Assembly (NCBI GenBank): GCA_963764725.1
Contig: CAVXTM010000016.1
Coordinates: forward strand, 352,001 to 416,000
Source of the DNA: an uncultured Gammaproteobacteria bacterium
GTDB taxonomy: Bacteria; Pseudomonadota; Gammaproteobacteria; JACCXJ01
Length of the DNA stretch: 64,000 nt
Direction of reading: 5' to 3'
Made by a program: the position numbers and the translations under genes. This document shows positions 62,864-64,000 of the stretch, one piece after another (the stretch's first letter is position 1; each line of letters begins with the position of its first letter). The notes beneath the pieces were generated by a model. It was not told the origin of the DNA. It saw only the letters and a program-made list of their open reading frames with translations, and made no database searches.

Positions 62864-63533
62864 ATGACGCGCCGGAACCTCGATCTCTACGCAGCCCTCG
62901 CGCGCCAGTTATGCGCCGACTCGATCCGCTGCTCGACGGCCGCGGGCTCCGGCCATCCGACGTCATCGCTGTCGGCCGCCGATCTGATGGCCGTCCTCCT
63001 CGCCGGCCATCTCCGCTATGACTGGGCGAAGCCGAAAGACCCCGCGAACGATCACCTGATCTTCAGCAAGGGCCACGCATCGCCGCTGAACTATGCGCTT
63101 CTCCGCGCGGCCGGTGCCATCACCGACGCCGAGCTCATGACGTTCCGCAAGCTCGGGAGCCGCCTCGAAGGCCATCCGACGCCGGTCCTCCCATGGATCG
63201 ACGTCGCCACGGGCGACGATCAGGGCTCGCGTCATCGACGCCTATTCAGTGAAGCCGATCGATACCGGCGCCCTCCTGGACGCGGTGCGAGCCACCGGGG
63301 GACGACTCTGCGTCGTGGAGGACCACTGGGCCGAGGGTGGGCTCGGCGACGCGGTGCTGGCCGCGCTAGCGCAGGCCGGTGTCGCGGGTGAGATCGTGGG
63401 CTTCCGCCATCTCGCGGTGCGGGTCATGCCAGGATCGGGCAAACCCGCCGAGCTGCTCGAGGCGGCGGGGATCTCGGCGAAGCACATCGCCGACGCAGTG
63501 AAGGAGCTCGCCGGCTCCGGGCGCGGTCGATGA
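62864..63533 (+). pseudogene. tkt: Transketolase with a large internal deletion
   Basis: The N-terminus (SGHPTSS, SKGHASP, LEGHP, DVATG) jumps near 63214 to the C-terminal domain (RVIDAYSVKPID, VEDHWAEGGLG) in another frame. Confidence 0.85.
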
Positions 63534-64000
63534 GCGCGATTGCCCTGGCGCCATCGATCCTCTCCGCCGACTTCGCGCGCCTCGGCGAACAGGTCGCCGA
63601 GGTCGAAGCGGCGGGCGCCGACCGGATCCACGTCGACGTGATGGACGGGCACTTCGTCCCCAACATCACGATCGGGCCTCTCGTGATCCGCGCACTCCGG
63701 CGGGTCACCCGGCTGCCGCTGGAGGCGCACCTCATGATCACGGAGCCCGATCGTTACCTCGAAGCGTTCGCCGAGGCCGGGGCCGACGGGCTCACCGTGC
63801 ACGTGGAAGGAGCCATCCATCTCCACCGCACGCTCGAGTCGATCGTGAAGCTCGGCAGGCGCGTGGGCCTCGCGCTCAACCCCGCCACGCCCGCCGCGGT
63901 GCTGGACGAGGTGCTGTCCGAGCTTGACCTCGTCCTGGTGATGACGGTGGATCCGGGGTTCGGTGGACAGGACTTCATCGCCAGCATCGTTCCCAAGATC
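63530..64000 (+). CDS. rpe: Ribulose-phosphate 3-epimerase (3'-truncated by window edge)
   Basis: [36 protein letters not shown] and [11 protein letters not shown]; ATGA overlap with tkt. Absent from the ORF track because there is no stop. Confidence 0.93.
   Translation, partial: MSAIALAPSILSADFARLGEQVAEVEAAGADRIHVDVMDGHFVPNITIGPLVIRALRRVTRLPLEAHLMITEPDRYLEAFAEAGADGLTVHVEGAIHLHRTLESIVKLGRRVGLALNPATPAAVLDEVLSELDLVLVMTVDPGFGGQDFIASIVPKI

Overview
GC-rich bacterial window, probably proteobacterial judging by opgGH, mprF-acvB, mdtBC and kefC; the host cannot be fixed from sequence alone. The left part holds an MdtBC-type RND efflux locus with a swapped outer-membrane factor, an envelope operon (mprF, acvB/virJ, a giant membrane-anchored GH94 protein, opgG), a tRNA-Arg 3' fragment with an IHF box (att-like scar), acetolactate synthase, Nudix, folE, a second opgG with opgH, and a sirtuin. 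The centre (about 30.0-49.8 kb, all minus strand) is the highlight: a coenzyme M (CoM)-dependent epoxide-metabolism island. It carries an EtnE-type epoxyalkane:CoM transferase, a 2-KPCC-like reductase with Tyr at the carboxylation His position, one XecE-like dehydrogenase, a two-subunit CoA transferase, an acylating aldehyde dehydrogenase, an ADP-forming acyl-CoA ligase, the five-gene bacterial CoM biosynthesis set (xcbA-comA/xcbB-xcbC-xcbD-xcbE), a CoA-disulfide-reductase-like flavoprotein and a DcmR-like HTH-MEDS regulator. No alkene monooxygenase is present in the window. A DUF559 nuclease flanked by inverted REP-like palindromes sits inside the operon, fused in frame to xcbE. The right part has kefC, a Zn alcohol dehydrogenase, an amidohydrolase, a Cif-like hydrolase, an MFS transporter, mannose and pentose-phosphate genes, and many deletion-scarred pseudogenes. 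Several 1-2 nt frameshifts look like long-read errors. All family calls are motif recognition by eye; no database search was run.
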